From Nitrospirota bacterium (GTDB taxonomy: Bacteria > Nitrospirota > Nitrospiria > JACQBZ01), in NCBI GenBank assembly GCA_016194285.1, contig JACQBZ010000102.1:1-60086 (forward strand): DNA of 60,086 nucleotides, given 5' to 3'. Position 1 is the stretch's first letter. Each line of letters begins with the position of its first letter. Positions 27,332 through 36,600 of this stretch are shown one piece after another. Below the pieces are notes generated by a model. It ran no database searches. It was given only the letters and a program-made list of their open reading frames with translations, and was not told where the DNA came from. The position numbers and the translations under genes are program-made.

Positions 27332-27622
27332 ATGGAGCAGAACGTTCACGAGGCCCATACAGCACTGACCAAAGAACAGATCCAAGCCGTCATCAATCAA
27401 AAGTTGGATAATACGATTTACTGGTTGAACAAAGCCTATGATGCAAGACCCCAGGACCCGGCGGCCGAGAAAACGCTTTTGGAGTTGATGGCCGAGCTGC
27501 AGAAAATGAAACGGGAAGCCAACGAGAACCTCGGGGTCAAAACCCGTCGCGAGCCGAAAGAGCGTCAACGTCATACCCACGGCGGTTTTAACGCGCATAG
27601 CGAGCGCACGCCGCGCCCGTGA
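27332..27622 (+). CDS. Hypothetical helical protein (96 aa)
   Basis: ORF with a GGGAAGGG RBS directly after the promoter. Confidence 0.7.
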   Translation: MEQNVHEAHTALTKEQIQAVINQKLDNTIYWLNKAYDARPQDPAAEKTLLELMAELQKMKREANENLGVKTRREPKERQRHTHGGFNAHSERTPRP

Positions 27623-27695
27623 AGATGGAGTTTGCAACAGAGACCGGATCCCTTGACATTCATTCGGGGGTGGGACTACCATTGGGCCTGTGAGC

Positions 27696-28436
27696 ATGGA
27701 TGATCTCCAAACATCGTACGCCGTCAAACTGCCCGCCTTTGAAGGTCCGCTGGATCTTCTGCTTCACCTGATTAAAAAGAACGAGGTTCATATCTACGAT
27801 ATCCCGATTGCGCTGATCACCCGCCAGTACCTGGAATACCTGGACCTGATCAAGTCATTGAATCTGGCGGTCGCCGGAGATTTTTTGGTGATGGCCGCAA
27901 CGCTGATCCATATCAAGTCCAAGATGCTTCTTCCTCCATCCGAGACGGATGAAGAGGAAGAAGACGAGGACCCGCGCACCGAGCTGGTGATGCGGTTGTT
28001 GGAGTACCAGCGTTTTAAGGATGCCGCGCAGGGTCTGGAGGCGCGCGAACAGGAATGGCGCGAGGTATTCCACCGCCCGGTCTCGCTCGGAAGCGGGGAG
28101 CCGACGGATGAAATCAACCTCGTGGATCTGAGCTTATTTGATCTCCTGGAAGCCCTCCGAGGTGTGATGCAGCGTGCGCCGGAGAAAAAGGACCTGGAGA
28201 TTGTGGTGGATGCGCTGTCGGTTCAGGAACGGATGGGCCTGATCCTGGACCGGCTGGATGCGCAGGAAAGCATCACCTTTGCGTCATTGTTTGATGACGA
28301 CACCACGCGTCTTGCGATGGTCGTGACCTTTCTGGCGTTGTTGGAGTTGATCCGACTGAAACGGTTGCGCATTCTTCAAACCGAACTTTTTGGCGCGATA
28401 CGCATATGGAAGAGCACGAGCTTACAGCCGTTCTAG
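27696..28436 (+). CDS. scpA: Segregation/condensation protein A
   Basis: FEGPLDLLLHLI, FLVMAATL, KSKMLLP and TFLALLEL. Confidence 0.95.
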   Translation: MDDLQTSYAVKLPAFEGPLDLLLHLIKKNEVHIYDIPIALITRQYLEYLDLIKSLNLAVAGDFLVMAATLIHIKSKMLLPPSETDEEEEDEDPRTELVMRLLEYQRFKDAAQGLEAREQEWREVFHRPVSLGSGEPTDEINLVDLSLFDLLEALRGVMQRAPEKKDLEIVVDALSVQERMGLILDRLDAQESITFASLFDDDTTRLAMVVTFLALLELIRLKRLRILQTELFGAIRIWKSTSLQPF

Positions 28437-28987
28437 AGGCGGTTCTTTTTGTTTCGGGTGAGCCGATGTCGTTGGAGGACCTGGCCGAGGTCCTCGAAGG
28501 GACCGATTCGGAACGAATCCGACAGGCCTTGGAGCATTTGCGCCAAAACTACGAATCCGCCGGTCGGGGCCTTCAGATGGTGGAGGTGGCCGGAGGATAC
28601 CAGATCGCCACCCGCCCCGAGTGTTCCCCCTGGATCCGCTCCCTCGAGAAGATAAAGACCGCGACCCGATTATCCCGTTCCGGCTTGGAGACCCTGGCGA
28701 TCGTGGCCTACAAACAGCCGGTGACGCGCGGAGAGATCGAAGCGATTCGCGGCGTGGATTCGGCGTATGTCCTCAAGACGCTTCTGGAACGCCGCATCGT
28801 GAAGATCGTCGGCCGACGAGAAGGGCTGGGCCGGCCCATGATTTATGGCACCACGCGCGAATTCCTCCAGTATTTTGGCTTGAAGGATCTATCCGAGCTG
28901 CCTGCGCTGAAGGAATTTAAAGAGGTGGCCGAAACCCTGCCGGAACATGAACCGATCCATGAACCGGCGGGCGACATGACGCATTAA
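28406..28987 (+). CDS. scpB: SMC-Scp complex subunit ScpB
   Basis: LEAVLF, LETLAIVAYKQPVTR, IRGV and GRPMIYGTT..FL..FGL. Confidence 0.96.
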   Translation: MEEHELTAVLEAVLFVSGEPMSLEDLAEVLEGTDSERIRQALEHLRQNYESAGRGLQMVEVAGGYQIATRPECSPWIRSLEKIKTATRLSRSGLETLAIVAYKQPVTRGEIEAIRGVDSAYVLKTLLERRIVKIVGRREGLGRPMIYGTTREFLQYFGLKDLSELPALKEFKEVAETLPEHEPIHEPAGDMTH

Positions 28988-28997
28988 TTTGTTTATC

Positions 28998-29021
28998 ATA
29001 GGGGCTTGCGTCTCCCCCTCC
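28998..29021 (+). repeat. Partial copy of the 75-bp element
   Basis: ATAGGGGCTTGCGTCTCCCCCTCC. Confidence 0.6.
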
Positions 29022-29056
29022 GCTCCGTACCGAGGATTTCCAACCGACCTGAAATC

Positions 29057-29839
29057 ATGGCCGCCATGGCAAAACGCTCCGCATCCAGAAAAGGTCAGGC
29101 CCAACTGCTCTGCCGGATGCTTCGCTTGTTCTACGACAAGGGATGGGTGGCCGGGACCGGCGGGGGAATCTGCGCCGTCAACGGGCCGAAATCGGTTCTC
29201 ATGGCGCCGACCGGCGTTCACAAAGAAGCGGTCAAACCTTCCGACCTGTTCGTCGTGGATCGCCGCAGCGGTGCGGTCATCCGGCCGCCCAAGAGTCGAT
29301 CCTTGACCGTTTCCGAATGCGCTCCCATCTTCTGCGCGATCATGAACCGGCGAAGCGAGGATCAGGACTTCGGCGAGCTCAGTCGAGCCGCTTTGCCTGT
29401 CCGAGCGCGGGGAGCGGGGGCATCGGAGGACAAAGGTCGCATTATCCGCACGGGCCCCCGATATAAACAGATCGGTTCGGTCATGCACAGCCATGCGCTC
29501 TCGTCCGTCCTCGCGGCCGATCTGGCCGGGGATCGTGATCATATTGTGATGGAAGGTCTGGAGATGTTAAAGGGCATCCGCGGGGTTTCGAACCAATCAA
29601 AGCACGCCGTCCCCGTGATCCACAATACGTCTCGAGAGCGGGATCTGCTGGACGAGATCCGTCGGGTGCTTGAGAACCCCCTTTTCGAAGAGACCTTCTG
29701 CATCCTTGTCCGAGATCATGGGGCTTATATTTGGGGAGAGGATATTTGGGAGACCAAACGGCATGCCGAAGTCTATCATTTCCTCTTTGAGGCCGTTGTG
29801 GCGCGGTCGGAGCGAAACCAAAGCAGTCTGCCAAGATAA
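29057..29839 (+). CDS. mtnB: Class II aldolase family, methylthioribulose-1-phosphate dehydratase-like, with a ~39-aa insertion
   Basis: GWVAGTGGGI, APTGVHKE, SECAPIF, HSH, EMLKGI, VPVIHNT and LVRDHGAYIWG. Confidence 0.8.
   Translation: MAAMAKRSASRKGQAQLLCRMLRLFYDKGWVAGTGGGICAVNGPKSVLMAPTGVHKEAVKPSDLFVVDRRSGAVIRPPKSRSLTVSECAPIFCAIMNRRSEDQDFGELSRAALPVRARGAGASEDKGRIIRTGPRYKQIGSVMHSHALSSVLAADLAGDRDHIVMEGLEMLKGIRGVSNQSKHAVPVIHNTSRERDLLDEIRRVLENPLFEETFCILVRDHGAYIWGEDIWETKRHAEVYHFLFEAVVARSERNQSSLPR
29350..29467 (+). repeat. Nested repeat insertion inside the mtnB-like CDS
   Basis: GCGAAGCGAG...GAGCGGGGGCATCGGAGG...GCCCCCGATATAAA carrying the inner hairpin GACTTCGGCGAGCTCAGTC. Confidence 0.6.
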
Positions 29840-29845
29840 TAAGAA

Positions 29846-29940
29846 AGCCGGTTCGCGGCTGTGCCGCGAGAGGCGAGGGGCTTGGGGGTATCTGAGATTT
29901 CAAATTTGAAATTTGAAAACCGCACGAGCCCCCAAATAAA
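29846..29940 (+). repeat. Related intergenic element carrying 7-bp tandem units
   Basis: GCGAGGGGCTTGGGGG...GCCCCCAAATAAA with ATCTGAG-ATTTCAA-ATTTGAA-ATTTGAA in the loop. Confidence 0.55.
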
Positions 29941-29955
29941 AATAGGAGGGTCACG

Positions 29956-30357
29956 ATGTATACCTGTTCATGCTGTCAGCAATCGTTAGACCGGACCAAG
30001 ATCGACGTACAAAGCGTCGCCGACGCGGTGGAGAAAGACAAGCTCACCGCGAAGGACGTGTTCAAGCGGACCTACATCGGCCACGGCAAGCAATCCAGCG
30101 TCTTTGTCTTCCAAGGGCACAAAGGCCCGTTCAAAAAACATGTCCATGTGACGCATGACGAGATCGGTTATGTCTTGAAAGGATCGGGAAAAGTCATGGT
30201 GGGGGATCGGGTGCAAGAGGTCCGGGAGGGAGATATCTGGGTGATCCCGGCCAACACCCCCCACGGCGGAGAATTTCAGACCGAGCCGACCCAGGTTCTC
30301 TTCGTTTCTTCGCCCATTGATAATCCGGAGAATCCGGACCGGGTCTGGCTGGATTAA
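29956..30357 (+). CDS. Cupin domain protein
   Basis: HVH...HDE..YVLKG and GDIWVIPANTPH cupin motifs. AGGAGG RBS. Confidence 0.88.
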   Translation: MYTCSCCQQSLDRTKIDVQSVADAVEKDKLTAKDVFKRTYIGHGKQSSVFVFQGHKGPFKKHVHVTHDEIGYVLKGSGKVMVGDRVQEVREGDIWVIPANTPHGGEFQTEPTQVLFVSSPIDNPENPDRVWLD

Positions 30358-30374
30358 AAGTCGGGTGGAAGGAG

Positions 30375-31628
30375 GTGGGCGTGTCGGAGACCGAGCGGAT
30401 CAATTTCGAGAAAATGAGCCGGTTTCAGTTCGACCGGGCCGCAGAGGCGATGGCGCTGGACCCGGAAACCCGGGGACTGCTCAAAATGCCGTTCCGGGAG
30501 ATCCAGGTCAAGATACCGGTCCGGATGGACGACGGCCATCTGGAGGTTTTTATCGGCTATCGGGTCCAACACAACAACGCCCGAGGGCCGATGAAGGGCG
30601 GGATCCGGTATCATCCCGAAGTCGATCTGGGTGAAATCCGCTCGCTCGCGGCCCTGATGACCTGGAAAACGGCCGTGGTTAATATCCCGTTCGGGGGCGC
30701 CAAGGGGGGAATCGTTTGCGATTCGAAGCGTCTGTCACCCGCCGAAACGGAACGGATGACCCGAACCTTCATCTCCATGCTCGATACGGTGATCGGACCG
30801 TATCAGGATATCCCGGCACCGGATGTCAACACCAATCCCCAGGTGATGGCCTGGATCATGGACGAGTACAGTCGGCGGCATGGCTACACCCCCGGCATCG
30901 TCACCGGCAAACCGGTCGACGTGGGCGGTTCGAAGGGACGGGAAGAGGCGACCGGCCGCGGATGCGTCTTCGTTCTTCAGGAAGCCGCCCGGGATTATAA
31001 CCTGGATCTCGGGAAGGCCCGTATCGTGATTCAGGGAATCGGCAACGTGGGAAGCCATGTCGCCCGGTTCATGACCGAGTTGGGCGGCCGGGTCGTCGCC
31101 ATCAGCGACAGCGGGGGCGGAATCTACAATCCCGACGGCCTGCCGATGGACCGCGTGCTGGCCTACAAATCGGAGAAACGGAATCTGTCCGGATTTCCCG
31201 GGTCACGGTCCGTTACGAACGAGGCGCTGCTGGAACTGGACTGCGACATCCTGATTCCCTCCGCCCTCGGGGGCGTCATCCACAAGTTCAACGCCGATCG
31301 GATCAAGGCCAAGATGATCGCCGAAGCGGCCAACAACCCGACGACCACGACGGCGGATGAGATCCTTGAAAAAAACGGAGTGGTCGTCATCCCGGACATC
31401 TTGGCCAATGCCGGAGGCGTGACCGTTTCCTATTTCGAGTGGACGCAAAACCTGCAGCAGCTTTCTTGGGAAGAAGAGCAGGTGAATCGCGAGCTCCGCA
31501 AGATCATGACCCGGAGCTATCAACACGTGGCTTCGGTCGCTCGAGAAAAAAGGGTTTCGCTTCGCGTGGCCGCCTATATCGTGGCGCTTGAAAAAGTGGC
31601 TCGGGCCACCCGCTTGCGCGGAATTTGA
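30375..31628 (+). CDS. gdhA: Glu/Leu/Phe/Val dehydrogenase (glutamate dehydrogenase)
   Basis: GPMKGGIRYH, PFGGAKGG, DIPAPDVNT, QGIGNVG and PDILANAGGVTVSYFEW. Confidence 0.93.
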   Translation: MGVSETERINFEKMSRFQFDRAAEAMALDPETRGLLKMPFREIQVKIPVRMDDGHLEVFIGYRVQHNNARGPMKGGIRYHPEVDLGEIRSLAALMTWKTAVVNIPFGGAKGGIVCDSKRLSPAETERMTRTFISMLDTVIGPYQDIPAPDVNTNPQVMAWIMDEYSRRHGYTPGIVTGKPVDVGGSKGREEATGRGCVFVLQEAARDYNLDLGKARIVIQGIGNVGSHVARFMTELGGRVVAISDSGGGIYNPDGLPMDRVLAYKSEKRNLSGFPGSRSVTNEALLELDCDILIPSALGGVIHKFNADRIKAKMIAEAANNPTTTTADEILEKNGVVVIPDILANAGGVTVSYFEWTQNLQQLSWEEEQVNRELRKIMTRSYQHVASVAREKRVSLRVAAYIVALEKVARATRLRGI

Positions 31629-31637
31629 AGGCTTATT

Positions 31638-31740
31638 ATAGGGGCTCGCGTCGCCCCCTCCACACATCGGCTGCAAACCGCCGAGTGCAGGCCGGCAAAG
31701 CCGGATGGAGCCTCCCCCTCTCGCTCGTCTTGCTCGCTGG
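31638..31740 (+). repeat. 75-bp element, copy 3, with a 29-bp hairpin insert
   Basis: Same element with an extra CACATCGGCTGCAAACCGCCGAGTGCAGG at 31663-31691. Confidence 0.88.
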
Positions 31741-31741
31741 C

Positions 31742-32704
31742 TTACGGGACGAGATCCTCGCCGAAGACGCCCATCTTCTTAAATTTCTGATAGCGTTGTT
31801 CAAGCAAGTCGTCGGTCTTCAAACCGTCGAGCTTGGCCAGTTGGCTCTCGATCGCTTTTTCAAGGATCTCGGCCATCTGCGGGGGATCTTTGTGGGCCCC
31901 GCCGACCGGTTCCGGCACGATTTCGTCGATGACGCCCAATGATCGGAGGTCCTTGGCCGTCATTTTCAAGACGTCCGCCGCGTCCGGGGCCTTGGCGCTG
32001 TCGTTCCAGAGAATGGCGGCGCAACCTTCCGGCGAGATCACGGAGTAGATGGAGTGCTCCAACATCAGGATGCGGTCTCCGACCCCCAGGGCCAGCGCGC
32101 CGCCGCTCCCGCCTTCCCCGATCACGATGGAAACAATCGGCACCGCGAGTCGAGACATCTCGATCAGATTCCGGGCGATCGCCTCGGCTTGCCCGCGTTC
32201 TTCGGCCCCGATTCCGGGATAGGCCCCCGGCGTATCGATGAAGGTGATCACCGGCTTCATGAATTTTTCGGCTTGTCTCATCAGGCGCAATGCTTTTCGG
32301 TATCCTTCCGGATGGGGCATGCCAAAGTTGCGGTCGATCCGTTCCTTGACGCTCCGGCCTTTCTGATGTCCAATAATCACGACCGGTCGGTTGCGAAAAA
32401 TCCCGACGCCTCCGACGATGGCATGGTCGTCTCCGTAGAGGCGATCCCCGTGAAGCTCGACAAAATCATGGATCATGAACGCGATGTAATCCAGGGTATT
32501 GGGCCGGTTCGGATGCCGGGCCAGTTGTGTCCGTTGCCAGGGAGTGAGCTTGGCGAAGATTTCGGCCAGTACCTCCTGGGCTTTTTTCTCAAGCACCTCG
32601 ATCTCGCGGTGAATCAGCGGGTCGGTTTTAGCGAAGGGCTTTAGTTTTTCGATCTTCTCTTCGAATTCAACGATCGGCTTTTCGAAATCCAAGTGATCCT
32701 TCAA
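31742..32704 (-). CDS. accA: Acetyl-CoA carboxylase carboxyltransferase alpha subunit
   Basis: LDFEKPI, ARHPNRP, PEGYRKALR, DTPGAYPG and GEGGSGGAL. TTG start after TAAGGAG. Confidence 0.96.
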   Translation of the reverse strand: MKDHLDFEKPIVEFEEKIEKLKPFAKTDPLIHREIEVLEKKAQEVLAEIFAKLTPWQRTQLARHPNRPNTLDYIAFMIHDFVELHGDRLYGDDHAIVGGVGIFRNRPVVIIGHQKGRSVKERIDRNFGMPHPEGYRKALRLMRQAEKFMKPVITFIDTPGAYPGIGAEERGQAEAIARNLIEMSRLAVPIVSIVIGEGGSGGALALGVGDRILMLEHSIYSVISPEGCAAILWNDSAKAPDAADVLKMTAKDLRSLGVIDEIVPEPVGGAHKDPPQMAEILEKAIESQLAKLDGLKTDDLLEQRYQKFKKMGVFGEDLVP

Positions 32705-32732
32705 TGAGCGACTCCTTATGTATCTTTGACGA

Positions 32733-35700
32733 TCACCGTAAGACAACGGTCCCCTTGCCGAATTCCCGTTCAACATCGGTGATAAACAGATCGGTCGGTT
32801 TGATCCGAACCTCTTCATTCACCGCGATCGTGGACTCGGATTGATTGGGCATCCCCAGACGAAGATAGACGGGGCATGAACCGCGGTGACGGAGCAGGAT
32901 TTCTTTTAGGCGGTGAAGATCCTGGGAGGTCAACCCGGTGGAATTGAGGCAGATATCCACGCGACGGGTGGCCTGTTCCCGGACGTTGGCCAGCGGTTCA
33001 ATGCTCATGGCTTTGACCTTGGCTCCTTTCTCGCCTTTGTCGACGAATCCCGTGACGAAGAGCGGGGTGTCCGGCGTCAGGATCGCCGAGGTCTTCTTGT
33101 ACAAGTCCGGGAAAACCAGAATCTCGATCGTGCCTTGCAGATCTTCCAATGTCAGATAGGCCATCTTGTCGCCGCGTTTGGTGGTCGTGATTTTCTGTTG
33201 GGCGATGATGCCGCACAGCTTGACCTGCCGATCTTCCGGGACGTCGTCCAGGGTTTCGGCGTTGGCCGTGGCATAGCTCCGTAATTCATCCGCATATCGC
33301 GCCAGCGGATGGCTGGTGATGTAGAAACCGATGCTTTCCTTTTCAAGCCGCAGCATCTGTGACTCATCCCACTCTTCCAGAGGCGGAAGCGGGTCGGGAT
33401 CGGACCGCTTCTCCGGACCGGATTCTTGACCGAACAATGCGGCCTGTCCTTGAAGCCGGTCTCGCTGCGCAACGTTTCCTTCCTCGATGGCCTTTTCCAT
33501 GACGGCCGTCATCTGCGCCCGCTTGGCCTTCGTCGAGTCCAGGGCGCCGCTCTTGATGAATCCCTCGATCGCGCGGCGGTTGACCCTGCGGGAATCGATC
33601 CGTCGGCAGAAATCAAAAATGGAGCTGAACGGTCCGCCCTGTTCACGGGCCTCGCGGATCGAGTCGATCGCGTTGTCGCCCACGTTCTTGATGGCGGCGA
33701 GGCCAAACCGAATTCCGTCCTCCACGACCGTGAAGTCTCGCCGACTTTCGTTGACATCGGGCGGGAGGATCTGGATTCCCAGGGCCCGGCATTCCGTAAT
33801 GTACCGTACCACCTTGTCGGCGTTTCCCATCTCGCTGGAAAGCAGGGCGGCCATGAACTCGACCGGATAATGCGTTTTCAGATAGGCGGTCTGGTAGGAG
33901 ATCAGGGCATAGGCCGCGCTGTGGGATTTATTGAATCCGTAGCCGGCGAAATAGGCCATAAGATCGAAAAGTTTCTCGGCTTTCTTTTCGGGGATTCCGT
34001 GGTCTCGCGCTCCCTTAATGAACCGTTCCTTCTGTTTCTCCATCTCCTCCGGTTTCTTCTTTCCCATCGCCCGCCGGAGCAGATCGGCCTGCCCCAGGCT
34101 GAATCCGGCCAAGACGTTGGCGATCTTCATCACCTGTTCCTGATACACGATGACGCCGTAGGTCTCCTTCAGAATGTCTTTGAGTTCGGGCAGTTCGTAT
34201 TTGATCGGAACGAGACCGCGCTTCCGCTTGATGAAGTCGTCCACCATTCCGCTCCCGATCGGGCCCGGGCGATACAAGGCCAGAATGGCGATTAAATCCT
34301 CAAACCCCTCCGGTTTGAGTTTGACCAGCAGGTCGCGCATCCCCCGACTTTCCAACTGGAAGACGCCGATGGTTTCACTGGAGGAGAGCTGTTGGTAGGT
34401 TTTCGGATCATCCAGCGGGATATCCGCGGGCCGGACGGCCTCTTCGATCGACCGTTTCTTATTGATCAGTTTGACGGCCTGATCGATGACCGTAAGCGTC
34501 CGGAGACCCAGAAGATCAAATTTGACCAGCCCGATTTTTTCCAGTTCGTCTTTGGCATATTGGGTGACGATTTCGCCCTTGGCTCCCCGGTACAACGGCA
34601 CGTGTTCCGTCAGCGGTTCTTCCGAAATGACGACGCCGGCGGCGTGCGTGGACGCGTGGCGGGCCAGTCCCTCCAGCGAGCGGGCCAGCGTTAGAAGCTC
34701 CTGGATTTTGGGTTCGGTTTTGGAGAGCTCCTGCAAACGCGGTTCGGCCTTGACGGCTTCGTCCAATGTGATCCCCAGCGTGTTCGGAATAAGTTTGGCC
34801 ACTTTGTCCACCTCGGCGTAGGGGAGCTCCAGCACACGTCCCACGTCCCGAATCACGGCCTTGGCGGCCATCGTTCCAAATGTGATGATCTGACAGACAT
34901 GATCCGAGCCGAATTTTTCGGTGACGTAACGGATCACCTCCTCCCGCCGGTCCATGCAAAAGTCCATGTCAATGTCCGGGAGCGAAACACGTTCGGGGTT
35001 TAAAAACCGCTCGAACAGCAGATCGTACCTCATCGGATCGATATCCGTAATCCTCAAGGCATAGGCCACGAGGCTTCCGGCGGCCGAGCCCCGGCCCGGT
35101 CCGACCGGAATGCCGTGCGAACGGGCATAATTGATAATATCCCAAACGATCAGAAAATAGCCGGCGTATCCCATGCTATTGAGAACGGCCAGCTCGGTCG
35201 CGAGGCGTTGACCGTATACCTCGTCCGCTGGGAAATCCGGAGACTTGTTTTTAAGCCGTGCAGCCAACCCTTCCCGGGCCAGTTTCTCAAGAAACTGGTC
35301 GCGGGTGAACCCTTCCGGGACTTTATAATGAGGAAGATGGAATTGATCAAAGGTGAGGTCGAGGTTGCAGCGTTCCGCAATCAGCTTTGTATTGAGAACG
35401 GCTTCGGGAAGCTCGAAAAAATTCGCGGCCATTTCCTCGGCCGACTTGAGATAGTTTTCTTCCGATCCAAACCGCATCCGATCCGGCTCATTCACCGTTT
35501 TTCCGGTCTGAAGGCAGAGGAGGATGTCGTGCGCGCGCGCGTGGTTGCGGGTTAAATAGTGGGCGTCATTGGTGGCGGCGAGGGCCATCCCGGTTTTTCG
35601 ATGAAGCTCGACCAGTTCTTTGTTGATTTTTTGTTGCGCCTCGAGTCCGTTGTATTGGACTTCGAGGTAAAAGTTTCCTTTTCCCAAAATTTCCTCGTAT

Positions 35701-36191
35701 TCTCCGGCCGCCGTCAGCGCTTTTTCCGGTTCACCGGCGGCCAGCAACATCGGAATTTCACCGCGGAGACAGGCCGATAGGCCAATCAACCCCTCGTGAT
35801 GTTTTTGGAGCAATTCCTTGTCGATGCGGGGTTTATAGTAGAAGCCGTCGAGGTGGGCGATGCTCACGAGCTTGATCAGATTTTTATATCCCGTGCGGTC
35901 GGCCGCCAGCAGGATTAAGTGATGGTATTCATGATGAAGTCCGCCGGACTCTTTATCGCGATGACTTTTGGGGGCGACATACATCTCACAGCCGATAATC
36001 GGCTTGATCCCGGCCGCCCGCGCTTTCTGGTAAAACTCGATTGCGCCAAAAAGATTTCCGTGATCGGTGATGGCCAAGGCCGGCATCCGGAAAGAAACCG
36101 CCTGTTGAAGGAGAGCATTGATCGGGTTCGCGCCGTCCAACAGGCTATACTGGGTGTGGCAATGGAGATGGACGAAATCGGAATGCTTCAT
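32733..36191 (-). CDS. dnaE: DNA polymerase III alpha subunit
   Basis: PHP motif HLHCHTQYSLLDG, GRGSAAGS, PDIDMDF, KFDLLGL and YGFNKSH. No intein seen. Confidence 0.98.
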   Translation of the reverse strand: MKHSDFVHLHCHTQYSLLDGANPINALLQQAVSFRMPALAITDHGNLFGAIEFYQKARAAGIKPIIGCEMYVAPKSHRDKESGGLHHEYHHLILLAADRTGYKNLIKLVSIAHLDGFYYKPRIDKELLQKHHEGLIGLSACLRGEIPMLLAAGEPEKALTAAGEYEEILGKGNFYLEVQYNGLEAQQKINKELVELHRKTGMALAATNDAHYLTRNHARAHDILLCLQTGKTVNEPDRMRFGSEENYLKSAEEMAANFFELPEAVLNTKLIAERCNLDLTFDQFHLPHYKVPEGFTRDQFLEKLAREGLAARLKNKSPDFPADEVYGQRLATELAVLNSMGYAGYFLIVWDIINYARSHGIPVGPGRGSAAGSLVAYALRITDIDPMRYDLLFERFLNPERVSLPDIDMDFCMDRREEVIRYVTEKFGSDHVCQIITFGTMAAKAVIRDVGRVLELPYAEVDKVAKLIPNTLGITLDEAVKAEPRLQELSKTEPKIQELLTLARSLEGLARHASTHAAGVVISEEPLTEHVPLYRGAKGEIVTQYAKDELEKIGLVKFDLLGLRTLTVIDQAVKLINKKRSIEEAVRPADIPLDDPKTYQQLSSSETIGVFQLESRGMRDLLVKLKPEGFEDLIAILALYRPGPIGSGMVDDFIKRKRGLVPIKYELPELKDILKETYGVIVYQEQVMKIANVLAGFSLGQADLLRRAMGKKKPEEMEKQKERFIKGARDHGIPEKKAEKLFDLMAYFAGYGFNKSHSAAYALISYQTAYLKTHYPVEFMAALLSSEMGNADKVVRYITECRALGIQILPPDVNESRRDFTVVEDGIRFGLAAIKNVGDNAIDSIREAREQGGPFSSIFDFCRRIDSRRVNRRAIEGFIKSGALDSTKAKRAQMTAVMEKAIEEGNVAQRDRLQGQAALFGQESGPEKRSDPDPLPPLEEWDESQMLRLEKESIGFYITSHPLARYADELRSYATANAETLDDVPEDRQVKLCGIIAQQKITTTKRGDKMAYLTLEDLQGTIEILVFPDLYKKTSAILTPDTPLFVTGFVDKGEKGAKVKAMSIEPLANVREQATRRVDICLNSTGLTSQDLHRLKEILLRHRGSCPVYLRLGMPNQSESTIAVNEEVRIKPTDLFITDVEREFGKGTVVLR

Positions 36192-36435
36192 GGGTTTGTG
36201 AGCCAGGGTTAAATTCCAAGTCATTTTACCGTTATGCTTAGGAAGAAGTCAATCAAGCCAAAATGTTGACCGGGGCGATCAGACCCGATGAGTGGGTCGT
36301 CCCGACCCCAGAGCAAGGTGTCGCGATCGGAATCCATCAACAGGTTTAGTGTAAATCGGATTGGAAACTGTCTAAGATCTTAAACAAGTCAGAATCACCT
36401 GAAAATTAAAGGTCAACTGGTCTGTTTGTTTCAAA

Positions 36436-36455
36436 TTGTCCACCCTTTTTGACAA
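36436..36455. promoter_or_regulatory. Putative enhancer-binding-protein site (UAS)
   Basis: TTGTC-N10-GACAA about 130 bp upstream of the sigma-54 site, with a weaker TGTC-N10-AACA at 36369-36386. Confidence 0.45.
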
Positions 36456-36584
36456 CGTCTGGTCAAAAGAAAACGAATCTTGCTGTTACGTGATCGTGAT
36501 TATTATTGAGAAGGGTTGATTTCGCTTTGTGATATTGAGAGGTTTGGCGCTAGGTAGAACGGATTCCGGTTTAGAAGGTTGAAG

Positions 36585-36600
36585 TGGCATGGTCATTGCA
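36585..36600 (+). promoter_or_regulatory. Sigma-54 (-24/-12) promoter
   Basis: TGGCAT-GGTCA-TTGCA. Confidence 0.75.

Noticed and set aside
32733-36191. Intein or split in dnaE
   Set aside because: The length is normal (~1150 aa) and no intein boundary motifs or insertions are visible.
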